Source: Phoronis australis (lineage: Eukaryota; Animalia; Phoronida). From it: a DNA stretch of 64,000 bases. The position numbers and the translations under genes are program-made. Shown here one piece after another: positions 41,501-54,220 of the stretch (positions within the stretch are counted from its first letter, which is position 1; each line of letters opens with the position of its first letter). Where the stretch lies: assembly GCA_002633005.1 (NCBI GenBank), contig NMRA01000123.1, forward strand, positions 832,656 to 896,655, read 5' to 3'. The notes beneath the pieces were generated by a model. The model was not told where the DNA came from, searched no databases, and was given only the letters and a program-made list of their open reading frames with translations.

Positions 41501-44500
41501 TCACTGATGACCCTTTGAAATCGGGTCAAGACTAGCAGACCTAAGGTACATAAATCCAAGGACCATCTACTCTAAGCTCTGAACAAGAGCTGAAAATGCT
41601 CCACTCAGTGACCAAACTCCAGCACAATTACAGACAAGAGTCCTCACAAAGACTTAGTGGCATATTTGGTTCTCATAGCTGGAACTTACATACCCAGCTA
41701 CGGCACTGATTACACACCTTAAGTACCAAAGAAACGAAATGAGATCCGACCCAAATTAATTTATATCCAAAATCAAAAAATCTAATCATCCAAGTGATCA
41801 CCTCTACAATCCACAGATTACCATACGTCAGACCAGTGTTTAGTTTTGCAGCCACCAGTTGCTTCAGCTTATGGTCCAAATTCAGACGGACGTCAAGAGA
41901 TGTGGCAAGCTCTTTATTAAAATCCCGATCGCTGAACAAACTAGTGACTTTCACACTGAAAGAAAAAAAATGAAATGTTAAATGGAGGTTAGTTCCTTCC
42001 CCAGCTAGATGAACCTAATCACCTGACATCATTAAACAATAATGCGAATGTTAAGTATTTCGTACATATGTGTGGATTGATTCATACAATTTGCGAGAAA
42101 TTGATCTTGTTGGTTTATAATAAAGTTTTGCACTCAAAATGAAGATATACCAATATCAAGTCACTTCATATCCTTCTGGGGTCCAGTTTCCTTATAACAA
42201 ATCTTTTGGGACGTTAGCTAAATAGAATGATCCATCCATTACTCTTAAAGGGGCAACAACCATCGACAGACAGGCCAGTGCCGCCCTTGTATTTACTCAT
42301 CTGCTACTGACAGTTACAAAGTCATTCTTTCTTTGAGGGTAGAGTGTGCTTTAGTCCCACAGTCTCAGCATGGTACAGCATCAAACCGTTGCATTATCAT
42401 TGTGAAACAGCGCCCCCTATATTTCTCATAATCTTCTGCATTTATTCCACAGTTATGCCACATGTCATTCAGTCAGCCACCTCACCTAGTGAAGTCAGTT
42501 GATTGTCGAGCAACATAGCGCGTTGGGTCGAGGCGAGGACCAATGCTCAACTGACCAGAAGAGATGAGATGTTGAAGTGCCCTAGACAAGTCTTGCAGAG
42601 ATTTACCATTCATTGATGTTTGGAGGTCAAAGGTTATGATGCTCTGAAAACAAGACAAGTAATCAGTAATTTTGAACAAAAATAAGCACCAAAGCTATCT
42701 ATTTTGTGACTGATCACCAGTTTACCACATTGCAACAAGCAATCAAATAAGATAATTAAAAGTACAGTTAATGTATCGGAGCTGTGTAGTGATATCCACG
42801 CTATTAACTGATGTGGAATCTTCTTCAGTTAATGTTTATTTTGTTTGAGGAAATGTGCTAAGCCAAGTTTGGGACAAGCAATCGGACAAACTCACTCCAT
42901 TTCTAGCCAAATTGCTTATGGTGGCAGGTGACACTGATAGCGCCAGCGACACCTTTTGGTGAAAACTGTCAAGAATTTCACTCTCTTCTCCACTAGGCAG
43001 ATGCTCCATGCATGGGAAGAAGGCTGATGCATGTAATCTGTAAAGCAGGAATACAGGATTAATAGCCACACTTTGCAGAGTTGTGGTTAAATTGTAGATA
43101 CTGCAGTCTGCAGGGCAGTACATTTGTTTCAAATATTTAGCAGCCAAGTATTCATGTTGTCACATTTATGCCGCTAAACACTACATATTACGATACTAAG
43201 TATTCCGTGCAGGGGCACAAACCTTGTTCACAACCTTGAATTACTAATTGTCTTAATCCCACATTCACATATGCACACAATTACCGCACTTGCATGACTG
43301 TATTGTTTACATAATTCTCAAATTGTCTCAAATATAGGAAACAGTATATAGATCACCCCTGAGTTAAAGATGTATAACTTTAGGTACATGCAATGCAAAT
43401 TAGCGACGTCGTGTTATGTATTCTAAGTGATACCAACCTTTCTGGGAGAGTACAGTTTTGGCCACAGTGAGGCTCCCCATCGAAAATGCACCAATCACAA
43501 CCCACAGACAGATGACAACTGACTTCTTCTGAGCTGAAGGGAGAAAAGAAGCTAATTTCCCAAAAATTATACCAGTTACACAAGATTAACCAGAACCAGA
43601 ATTAAATACTGAACTTTCAAAAGTAATTTTTTAATTGATGGTGGTGCACCAACAAAATGGCTGCCAAAGTTGAACAGGATTGACAGTCACTTTCAATGCA
43701 TTGCCAGTAAAAACAAAACATGAAATTTACGAAATTTTCCTTATGTTAGTAACATCTCTCGAGAGATGAAATTCCTTGTGGTTAGTGCTTATTACCACAC
43801 AAAAGCAGAATGGACATTTTCTTGCAATGAAAACACAACAAACTAGATTGATGCAGCTAGATTGGTTTTAGTAAAGTACAAGATTCAGCCACTTGGAATT
43901 ACAAGACAGTTAGAAATATTGTAGTTTGAAAAGAAGATGATTGTTATGACAAAACTTCAATTAACAATACAATGTGGCATATAAGACAATGAAGGCTAGT
44001 GAGATTTTGGCGCAGTTATTGCGACAAAAGAGTACTTCACAATGATTAATACTAATCACCTGCCATCAAACAATGAGCAGCATTTGCAGTAGTGGTAAAA
44101 GTCTTCCATAAATGGAAAATTGCAATAATTGTTAAACATTAAGCAGTCTTTAGACAACAGGGATCTGAGTTACAGTTTGGCTTACTTGACCTCAGATCTG
44201 TTTAACTTGTGCTAAAAGTGTTATGTGCAGGTCTTTCATTTTTGTTGTACCTTGATGAACACAGAGTTGGACACAGTTCATAGAATGTGCCACTGATCTC
44301 TATAGAAGACGGGGCCCTGCTCACTCCCTCAATGGAGAATTGGACTTTACCAGTCTTCAATTTGTTAGCCAGTTTGGCGGCTTCTTCCATTAAGTTCACA
44401 GGGGAATTGGGTTCCTTCTTAATAGTGAAAGGAATGTTGTCCTAAATCAGAAAAATAGTAAATGCGTAAAAGTTACGAAACGCACCATTACCTGCCCCCA

Positions 44501-47500
44501 GGCAATGCTCAAAGAACTCCAAACTAACCACATATTGTGTACGGCTTGAACCGACATTGCAAGTTTTGTGGCAAAAATCGTGCTGATCATTTAACCAAAT
44601 TTTACAAATAAAATAAAACATAAGCTACATAAGCTTATTTTCCACCAGTTACGAGATGAAACGAATCCATGTGATGTCATAAAAAACACCATACTTTAAA
44701 CTAACTAGATAGAATGAATACCAGATCTATTTACAGACACATCATCAAAGCAAAGAGTCCTGTACTTGAAGGCTGAATGTTAGCATCATCCCGTTAAGAA
44801 TCAAAACGTGATGTAAGCAAGCTTAAAATAAGCCTAATGTAAATTGATAAGATGATTAAATGGCAATGAAAGTTAACTGGTTTGCAATGGCTTCAATTTG
44901 AGGTTGTGTAGGATCTTATCGATAAGATTGGGTTTAGCTAAGTGAAAGCAAAAATTACAACACAGTATAAGTAATTCTTTTGTGAAAGTAGAAAGTCTGC
45001 AGTGTTTGATTTTTGACTTTTTACCAATCTGATGTTGATGCAGTTTTCTAAATCATCTTTTTGTTTTCATTATATAAAACTTATTATTCACGAATACCAT
45101 AAAAGTCCCAATTTTTTGATAGGTCCTCATGCAAAAGTGGAACATTTTTTAAACAATTCCCAACTACGTTTTATAAAATAGATGATAACGCATAGTATGT
45201 GAAAGTTTTTTCATATGAATCCAATCAGACGTCTCTGAGATATGATGTTTCAAAGTTGTACTTATACATAGGTGGCGCACTACAGGGGGTTGGGGGGGGC
45301 TACATTAGCCCCAACTTTTTCAGTGTTGCGCTGCCCATGCAATATATGGACGTGACCTTAACTGTTGTAACTACACAACATTACCTGTCAAAGCTAATAT
45401 TTAACAGAAACCAGCTTTCAGTAGACTTTAAGGACAAAAAAATGTCGCAAAATACAGTGTATTTCGTTTTCAAAAATAAAACACAATAAAACACGTTCAC
45501 TCAACTCTATGGCATGTGTAAAAGGGCAAAATTATCACACTCGAAACCGTACTACAGTCACAACCAAACCATATGAATGTCTGATTCTGATGATACCTTT
45601 CCAATCCACACATTAGCCACAGTCTCTGATACAGCACTGGTGAATGTTTCATGTCCCAGTTTCTTAAGCTGATGCTCCAAGTTGTTTCGCGCTGTAAGCG
45701 GGTGACGCCTTGAAGTTTCGATCAAATCCACACCATCAAAGTTCAGCTGAATGCGAACACTGAAGGGAATTCAGACACAAGAAAAGGGATAAGCAATATT
45801 CAGCATTTTCAGGGAATATTTATTATTTTATCATTAATTAAAAAATATCGCACCATTTCTTCAAAGTAGATTTAAATTGAAATATTAATCGCGTAAGACT
45901 ACGAAGCAAAGAAACAACCAAAGGGACACTAAATTATTGAAACTAAAATGCATGATAGCACTATAAATACAAAATTGAAGGAAATGAAAACATTTACGAA
46001 ACACAAACCTACTGTATTAAGTGCAGGCTAAAACAAACACAGATGAATGCGTTTCAAAGATAACAGTGGACTGACACCTTAAACACCAAAACCAAATATC
46101 TTTATACATTTTAATATTACTCCCACAACACAAATTATGAGTAACACACACTGTTTACAGCCAGATATTATAATACTCACTTAGTGAAGTCCTTACTGTC
46201 TCTGCTGATGTACTTGGATGGGCTGCTGTTTGGGCCCACATTGAATGGAATATCCAAGATGGCACTGTTGACAGCTTTATTTATCTCACTGAGAGAAGAG
46301 CTCAGAACTGAAGGTTGCACAACAAATGAAATGGTGCCGCCCTAGAACAGGTGTTGTGAATTCTAGCAATAAACAGAGCATGGCAAACTATTGACAACAA
46401 AAGGTATCTCAATAATTATACATAGTGATCATCAAACTTCACTAATCTTGATTCACACATAAAAGTATGAGCCCCAAAGTGAATTCCATCTAATAATCCC
46501 AAAAATGCATTTTCGGCAATAGAATTGCCAAACGTCCTTCTAACAACAAATTTGGGTCCAAACAGAATCAAACTTTCTTAAAAACAAGATCCCTAAAAAC
46601 ATCTGTTGTTCAGTAACTCACCGGTAAAAGTTCAACAGAATGAACATTCTTTTCAGTTACATCGGGCAGGCGACCCAACAAATTAGCTTTGAAAATGTCC
46701 TGAATTTCTTGCTTTTCAGCACCAAGAAGGACATTAACATCTAAGCAGGGGAAGAACATCTGGTGGTTGGATCTGAAAATTCATTATACGCTTTATTTGA
46801 TATACATGTTACAATGTTCTAAAATGTCATTTTGTTTTAGTTGCAGATTGGATTTTAGTTATTCGATAATTTCGAAACGTGAACAAAACTCCTATTGGAA
46901 GTTTCTCACCTTTCTTGTAGCAAGGTGTTATTACTGCAATGGGGCGGGGCAGACAGTCTGTCCCAAGAACAACCAATGATCTGTGAGCATGTGGTTTGAT
47001 TCAGTCTGGAATTAAAAACATTAACACAAAATGAAAGGTCCAAACTCAATAATATTTTAATCACTACAGGAAAAACTCCACGAAAATGTGTAATAACAAA
47101 CAGAATAGAGGAAAAAATCTTGATGCAGCCATTGTGTGCGCTTAAGTGCAGTGAAATTAAAAGCACTGTCAGTGGTTACTTCTATTTCGACGTACAAACC
47201 AAAACCTTTTGTTCTTGTATAGAACAAGAGGTTCTCTCATCATCAATGAGATGACAAAGGAGAATTTGTGACTATCAGGGTGGAACAGAAACAGTACGTG
47301 GGTCACTGTGTTTTCACACAAACTCTAATTGACAAAATAAGACACAACACATGGCTCCAGGTTATTTTACCTCAACATCAACTTCCTTTCTTAAACTGCA
47401 AACATGAAGTGTCCACGACACAAACTCCAGATCTTACGCACGTGTCATGGAACCTACAGATTTGTGCACTAAGGCAAATATCTAACAGCTATTAATAGAA

Positions 47501-50500
47501 TTTATCCAAGTGATGATGGGAAAGTAAATAGTAAATTTTTTTTTACATGTCTGTAGAATTTGCTTTTCAAATTTGGTTTTCACAAATCGTAGCCCCAAAT
47601 TTGTCTACTAAGATACACTCAAATCAACACAATGTAATCAATATCATAATTGACCAAATTTCCTTTGATATAAATGTTCCAAAGTGAAATCACCACTATA
47701 TTCTAAATTATCCTCGTCATTTGTTTTAAGAGAATTTCAAGTCTTGAGTTTGTGAAGACTTTACATGAGACCAGGCTCCTTGCGTTGGCCTGACACAGCT
47801 GGTGGTTATATACGTCCACTGAGGTCCTGAGCTATTTACAAACTATCAGTTCTTCACATTAGTCCAGGAAATCTCTTCTAGTCTGGTCTGAGAAGGGACC
47901 GAATCAAAAGTTTTGTTTTTTAACAGAAGGCCAATTTATAGCAACTTTCGAAACGTGTCGTCTCATACCCTTGTTCACAAGGCATCGGACAATGTTGCTG
48001 GAAGGACCCATGATAGTCAAGTGCCGTGGCAACAAAAGTGTCACCCGCGGCAACATCAAGCTGCCTGTTCAGGACGGCCTTGTGTAGGAGGTCTAGTAAG
48101 TCTAGCAGCCTGTAGGTGTCATCGATGTCTTTGTGAATGCTGAAGGATAGAGTGTCCTGCAAAAACAGAAAATTTTGAGGGCTACAAATCTAAAGATGAG
48201 TTTAGTAAGTTTTAAAAGAGGGTGATCCTTTAAAGAAGAATGCATTTAGAATGAAACGTCATGAATAATAAAGCTGCCATGCTAGCATTATGATGATTTA
48301 CGCATTATTCAAAATTCCGACCAGTGCTGCAGTGGTGAAATTAGAGATAAGTAGGCGCTTAAAGCCCATTGTATCACCTTGAGCACTGAACGTAACTTAC
48401 GGTGCGTAGGCGCTACGTTCAAATGCCAAAAGGTGGTTGGCTGCGCCTACGTGCGCCTATGCAATACTACAACACTGATTCAGACAAATTTGAAGTTGCT
48501 TTTACTCAAAACAACACAAAGGAACGAATCACATTAATAATTATGATGATTGTAAACCAATAACCTGTAGCTAAAACCAACATTTAATCCAGATACTTAG
48601 TATTGTAATAAAAATGGTACACTTGCAGTTCATTTCACTGTCAACAACTGAAACCAATGGCTCTGATCATCAAACACTTCACTCACGACAAGAATTGTAT
48701 GATGGCACTTGACTTACCTCAAAATACAACTGCTGCCTGGTGGTTTGGTAATTAGCCTAATTATGTAACACACCCAGCAGAATTAATGAGGAGCACAGTA
48801 GGGCACGATTAAAAAGAAGTTTTATGCTGTGAAAGTCAGATTACTTGCCTGATTTTCAAACTCAAAAACTTAATCACATGCACTTTTCAAAACCTACTTA
48901 AATGCGCTGTTTATAAGCTTTCAAAACAGCGTGTTTATGATGAGTCTTATTAACCTAGAGAACAATATCATCAGCACCCTCGGTCAATATTGAGAGACAA
49001 ACTTTTTTTAAAACTAGATGGCACATTTAGCAAAAACCTCCTCTCACACAAGGTCAAGTAATTCATACAATATTACAGTGGAATATTAATTACAACACCA
49101 TGGTGTCTTTGATCAGGGTCGACAACTAAATTTTGAAGTACGCCAACCGGTCAAGTAGCCCAATCTTGACCGGTGAGGGTGTCAACATAGGGTTCTTTGC
49201 AAGGCTAACAAACACACAGTCCATATGACTGTTAAGCTTAAGCAGGAAAGTGATTTCCTTTGACATTCTAATCTCAAATTTCATAGGACAAAAAGCACAA
49301 CATTGTAACTTCCATCTTCAACGACACTGGCTTTTTTGTGCATGCCAATGTTTTGGTAATTTGCCGATGTAACAGCAGCGAAGATTTAAAACACCAAAAA
49401 AACCTTTGTGCTTTGAATTTCCATTCAAATCACAGAGTAAACTCTGTAACTTAGAGTCCTGAGCAAATGTCCACCAAGAAATTCTATCACTATTGATGAC
49501 ATAGCTTGTTTGAAAGGATTTATCCTATACCTACCAATTCAAGTCCTCTGCAATTAAACTTAGTCATTACCTTTTGTATGATAATATTTCCAACAGTAGC
49601 AAACACATTATGAGGCAGTACAATCTTCAACTTGGCCATCAGACTAGCTTCAATCTGCTGACGTTTGGCAACATTTGCAGTCTCCGTTAACACCTTATCA
49701 AAGTCCACTCCTTTGTAGAGCAAGTTGAACTTCATGCTAAAAAATTGACAAGCAGAATGTTTAATTTGCTACTGACATTTATAACATAATATCCACCCTA
49801 TCAACCCACGCACTTGTACCTGGGAAGTTCCAAAAACGAGGGGGCAGGGTGGGTTTATATACCATGGAGAGGTGGGATTGTATAGTACGTGAGTCTAGAT
49901 TGAATATTCATGTAAAGCCCAAGGGCTTGACATTTGACATATGTCTGTGATGAACATGCAGCGCCAGGATACTTTCTGAGCTATTTTGTACTAAGTGGCT
50001 TAGAGTCAGAGCAGATTAGCAGCAAGAGAAGAGGTTGATTTGATGGGAACTGGGTGGTAAGAGCAAGTGGCAGAATACATTAGTGACACATTCACATATT
50101 CAAGTTTCACTAATGTGATAATTCAAGTCACTACACAATAGAGGGCAGGACATATCAACAAAGGAGCAGCAGCTACATTACACACTATTTCTGCTTTCTT
50201 CCATGGAAGCTAACCAATTTTCTGTTCTGACAATAGACAATTTTCAATGACCAATCAAGTTTTTATGGTGCACAGTGCGTAAAATGTGTAGGGGGGGGGA
50301 TGTTGCCATGAACAAGCAGTGGTTATCACTGATACCCATCTCTGTTACCTAATCCTGAAACAAAGCCAGTCATCAAAGTCCAGGCACTGTGGTAAGTGGC
50401 TATTATAATCCCAACAGGAAAGAATTCATAGCTGCCAGTTGGGAATGTGATGTAGGGCATGATACAAGATTAAGTGAGCTTGTAGGCAAAACTGAGGGAT

Positions 50501-53500
50501 GGGCAATTCACAGGAGAGCTTGGAAGACAACGACTTCCTGCTTGTAACTTTATGGTTCTCACTTGTAATGTTTTCATTTTCAGACTTTTCCCATATACAA
50601 TAAAATCTCACATTTGGACGAAAACAATTGTCAAATTATTTAATTTTTATTCACTTTTTAAAGGCTTCCAACAGTCTTGTGAATGCCCAAAATTTCTCAA
50701 AGTCTGTTTGATGGTAGCTATGGTACATAGCTTAAAATGGTAAAGCATTCATAAGAAAGTTTTATGCAACCAACTGAAAAAAAACAAATAAAATTTCATG
50801 TGTTGGCCTTATTGTTTCAGTTTGGTGAGATTCCCCGTTATTTTCATATTACATGAACTTGTTCTAACACAAAATTTAAAAAAGAGCAATTTTTTTAGTA
50901 ATGACTCTAGCATAAGTTAAGTGAACGGATGAAATTAGGTTTTTCCATGAGTTTTCCCCCCGAGTTTTTATTATCTGCAATTTCCCATTAAGATTTGCAC
51001 GGTTTTCGATGAAAAATGAAAGTCCTGCAATGCAAGTATGCAAATTTAAATATGCTATTACTCTGCTTTGCATACAACAAAAACTTAGGCTAGTTTGTAG
51101 TCTTAAGAAATTATGGTGAGAATGAAGGTGAAAGCTACACTGGAATGCAAACAACGCAGATGTTGCAAAAAGTTCAAAGTTGACAGAGCGAGACAAAATT
51201 GTACGTACTCTGTAAAATCCAGTTCTTGCCTGCTTCTGTACTTGTCTGGGTGGGTCGCCGTGCCAACAGTGAAGACGTTATTCCAATCTAACATTGCAGC
51301 TAGTCTCCTTGACAACTTCGATAAGGGCGGGTCTTTCATGGCTCCTTGCAGTGTGAATGACAACTGATTTTTGGTACCCTTAAAAACGACAAAACCAGTT
51401 TAACATTAATCATACCAGTGCTAAGCACGTCTTCCTCGCATTTGCTTATCACACAATCAAGTGATGGCCAAGCACTGGAAACAAGAGAAGGAACAGAAAC
51501 TTTACTCAATAAATTTCGAATGGGATTTCATCAAAGTTTCACTTAGAAAAAAAGCTGAAAATTTTGGCCGTGAACCCAGGTACGATTCCAGGACAACAAC
51601 CATTGCCGACACTGGATTCAGGCATAACATTCTCAGTTGGATAGCCTCCTAACACCACACATCACTTACACGACCGTGTACAAAATATTCAAATCAAATC
51701 CTTGACAAATGCCCAATACCATTTTTGCAGCTTCCCAAATACACGCCCTATAGGATTGTGACCAGAACAGATGATTACTGTCATTATTATGGGGATTAAT
51801 TTAACAAAATGAAATTCCCTTTTCTGTCATATTGTGTCCTAAGCTGAAGCATTCCACAGTAATTCCAAGAAAACAATAATTTCAATTTATCATTCCAAGA
51901 GTCTTACCTCCACAAATGACCATGAGTGAAGAGCCTTCCTGGAGATGTTTGGCAAGAGCGAGTGTATCTTTAAACTAAGAGATTGAAGAAGATGGCTTCT
52001 CTGTTGGGGGTCCAACTCGGTGAAGTCAGCACACGGGAAGAACACATTCACAGGAGTGCTGAAAATTTTAGCAAAACTATGAGAAAACAGTGGCAGAACC
52101 TGTTTTTTGTAATAATTCATACAATATCATTGTGTTGCTCCCACAGGTTACACTTTAGCAACCAATTCTCTGTGTGCATGCCAAACTATGACAAAGTATC
52201 ACGGAGGTTATCACCACAAACATCATTAGCAAATCACTGATCATATAGAATTAAAAATCGTCAGATTACAAAATTTGTGCAACATATTGAGTAAAGATGA
52301 ATACCGGGGTCCGAATGCTGCTAGTCGAAAGCACAAAAATAGCCATTGGTCTTACTCTGGCAACACAACCTGAAACAAAAGTTTCACCGAAATCCACAAG
52401 AAGAAATAAGTAATAAGTTATGGCCGCCAAGGAGTGCAGTTACCAGTCGCAGTAAACCACTGTGCAGTCTGAAATCAGTTAACTGTCAAAATCCACATAG
52501 TAGTCAACATCAATCGAAATAACAGGATTTAAAATGAGAAGTTGTTGGCAACCAAGAGACACTTCTAAGTTGGAATTATACATTATCTTTCTAAAACTTG
52601 CCAATGCCATCGATGTCACATCGAAGTAAAATTTCTGCAAAAAAAATATTGAGCATGAGCTATGCATACATAACTAGCCAATGAGACGATTACACTCTGC
52701 GGGGAACGACATTCGGGTACACTGTCAATTGACTGGTCATACAACTTTATTACTTCAGCCAAGTTGTTTTCAATTGTAAAACCACAACTTCTGTACTTTT
52801 AATCGGAGGTCACTTTTGATATTTAAATCGAATTTGTGCAGAAAAATACAAATTGTTCTAAAACCCCATTCGACCCCACATCCCGCGACCCCTCGACCCA
52901 CAACCCCCTCGACCCAGTCTAAACAAGCTCGACTCGATCTGAACATAAAACATGCACCGACTTGCAGAATCCATGAGTTGGGCTGTGAGCTCAGCTGGCT
53001 TTTCCTTGTTCTTTTGCAATTAAGAGAGTCGATTCTGCAAGTTTGAAAGCCAAAAAACAGAAAATAAACAATGTGACCAAATCAAATCAGAGACCTACCA
53101 ATGTTACAAATGTCATTCCCCGCAGAGTATAATCGTCTCATCTGCTCTTCAGTGAATAGCAGATTCAACCTTTTTTTTTCGGAGAGTGCCAGGAACCGAC
53201 AAAACTGTAATTCCATCAGTAAATAAAGTTTGAAAAAATAAACTGTTAAATAAAAAGTATTTCAACGTTATATGGGAGTATATTGTAAACAAGTATACAA
53301 CAGAAAGAAAATATTAAAAATAAAAATGTGAAATTATGTACATTCCCTTTAACGCACTCTTCACCTAAGTTCAGTAGAACAGGACCATTGGTAGCCGCTC
53401 ACGGAACTAGCGTGACAATGATAGCGCCCTCACAATGCGCTATTTCAGATCACGTTCTCGCGCAGCTTTCTGCTTTTAATCACCCGACTTGAACCAGAGT

Positions 53501-54152
53501 AGACTCGCATGTTCATAATTATGTCTTATGGGAAAGTCACTCAGCTACGGAATAAGATTATGAAATATGTAAAAGTGCAAATACCTCTATTGCCACAGGT
53601 CGTGGGTCGAGGGGGTCGAGGGGTGTGGGGGTCGAGAGAGTTTCAAAGCAATACGAAAAATACTGCAAAACCATACTTTACACTTTTGAAGTGTTTTTTG
53701 TTGATGCATTTTTCAAAGTATATTGGCTCCGGCCCTGAGCATACGTCAATATTTATCTACTCTTTTCAACTTGTTTAGGTTATTACGATTGACAAGTTTA
53801 CACCTTTGAAAAAATTCTTGTCGATTAGTATACATTTTATATCATATTTCGTTGCAATGGTATAACTTTTTGAAACTATTACAACTGCAAATTAATTGCA
53901 GTAGTGACTCGATTAAAGTTTCTTTGATGTCATCCATCGTATAGTCAGGCACCTCCAACCAAGATGATCTTTCAATAGACAGGTGTTTATAAGCAGCGAA
54001 AAGGTGCATGCAGTGGTTGAGCTGCTGGCAGACGGGCGGACGCAGTGATCGATGAGGTCATCACTCCTGATCACTAAGTTATCCACTCCCCAGGGTGGTC
54101 CGGGAATGAGTACAGTTTCGTCAAAATAAAATCCGTGCCCGTGAGCTTCCAT
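26179..54152 (-). CDS. Uncharacterised ~1,600-aa type I membrane protein: five SEA-like domain pairs separated by four PSI-like modules, then mucin-like stalk, TM helix and ~97-aa tail
   Basis: Exons in transcript order: ~54200-53953 (tentative); 52058-51908, 51378-51209, 49736-49571, 48156-47969; 47005-46910; 46772-46622, 46341-46181, 45759-45597, 44441-44251; 43533-43438; 43037-42896, 42643-42486, 41955-41802, 41184-41024; 40174-40079; 39460-39313, 38751-38594, 38056-37894, 36459-36275; 35544-35449; 34760-34607, 34167-34007, 33489-33333, 32499-32330; 31703-31505, 30752-30657, 28934-28692, 27360-27222, 26480-26179. All GT-AG, phase-compatible and stop-free. TM is IGIGIAVPLGILAALSALGLLFFLC followed by RKKK. 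Domain names are inferred from motif pattern. Confidence 0.88.
27418..27648. mobile_element. Shorter member of the cagggcttggaat MITE family
   Basis: Same 13-bp TIRs as 24940-25448; no TSD evident. Confidence 0.8.
28290..28590. repeat. Long imperfect inverted repeat (fold-back MITE, ~120-bp arms)
   Basis: ttcatgatattaaagttgagactggtc..gactgtgatgaatcgtgggaaatctggtcac pairs with gtgaccagagttcccacgattcatcacagtc..gaccagtttcaactttaatatcacgaa. Confidence 0.85.
29008..30111 (-). mobile_element. Defective piggyBac element with N-terminal transposase remnant
   Basis: TTAA at 29004-29007 and 30112-30115; ends ctctttcacc / ttgaaaggg; duplicated subterminal gagaccg..agcggtc..cggtgttgaa. Broken minus frames give acidic MSADGDSDVDFSNDE and EYFKNFYIDEIFGEIVRVINLNAQRK, like the piggyBac YFxLFFxDE..IVxxTNxYA block. 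Confidence 0.7.
35590..35818. repeat. Imperfect ~25-bp minisatellite (acttgata[a/t]cttggtatacacacaat)
   Basis: About 9 visible units in the intron next to a PSI-like exon. Confidence 0.85.
36549..36990 (-). mobile_element. Kolobok-like element copy C
   Basis: ttaa|ggttatatagaaccttat terminus; internal gtcccatttttgacagccctcatgcaaaagtg is the reverse complement of the family motif. Confidence 0.55.
38487..38527. repeat. (AAT)n microsatellite, ~13 units
   Basis: Directly visible. Confidence 0.95.
40531..40567. repeat. (TAAA)n microsatellite
   Basis: Directly visible. Confidence 0.85.
44902..45258 (-). mobile_element. Kolobok-like element copy D (partial)
   Basis: ttga|ggttgtgtaggatcttat terminus; internal aaagtcccaattttttgataggtcctcatgcaaaagtggaaca. 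Confidence 0.55.
48322..48477. mobile_element. hAT-type MITE, same family as 13465-13666
   Basis: TIRs cagtgctgcagtgg / tactacaacactg; TSD attccgac / attcagac (7 of 8 match); shared taggcgcacgtaggcg motif. Confidence 0.8.
52681..53141. mobile_element. MITE with ~33-bp TIRs
   Basis: atgagacgattacactctgcggggaacgacatt / aatgtcattccccgcagagtataatcgtctcat. Confidence 0.8.
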
Positions 54153-54220
54153 GACAAGAGCAAGAACGACGCAAATTGGTTTTATTTTCTTCTTACTACT
54201 TAAAAATATTTATTGTTCAT

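Noticed and set aside
52445-52634. Two micro-exons (ILLRCDIDGI with a GC donor; DCTVVYCD) upstream of exon 52058
   Set aside because: Phase-compatible with each other, but they need a non-canonical donor and an unknown phase-1 upstream exon, whereas 53953 joins 52058 directly. Not fully excluded.
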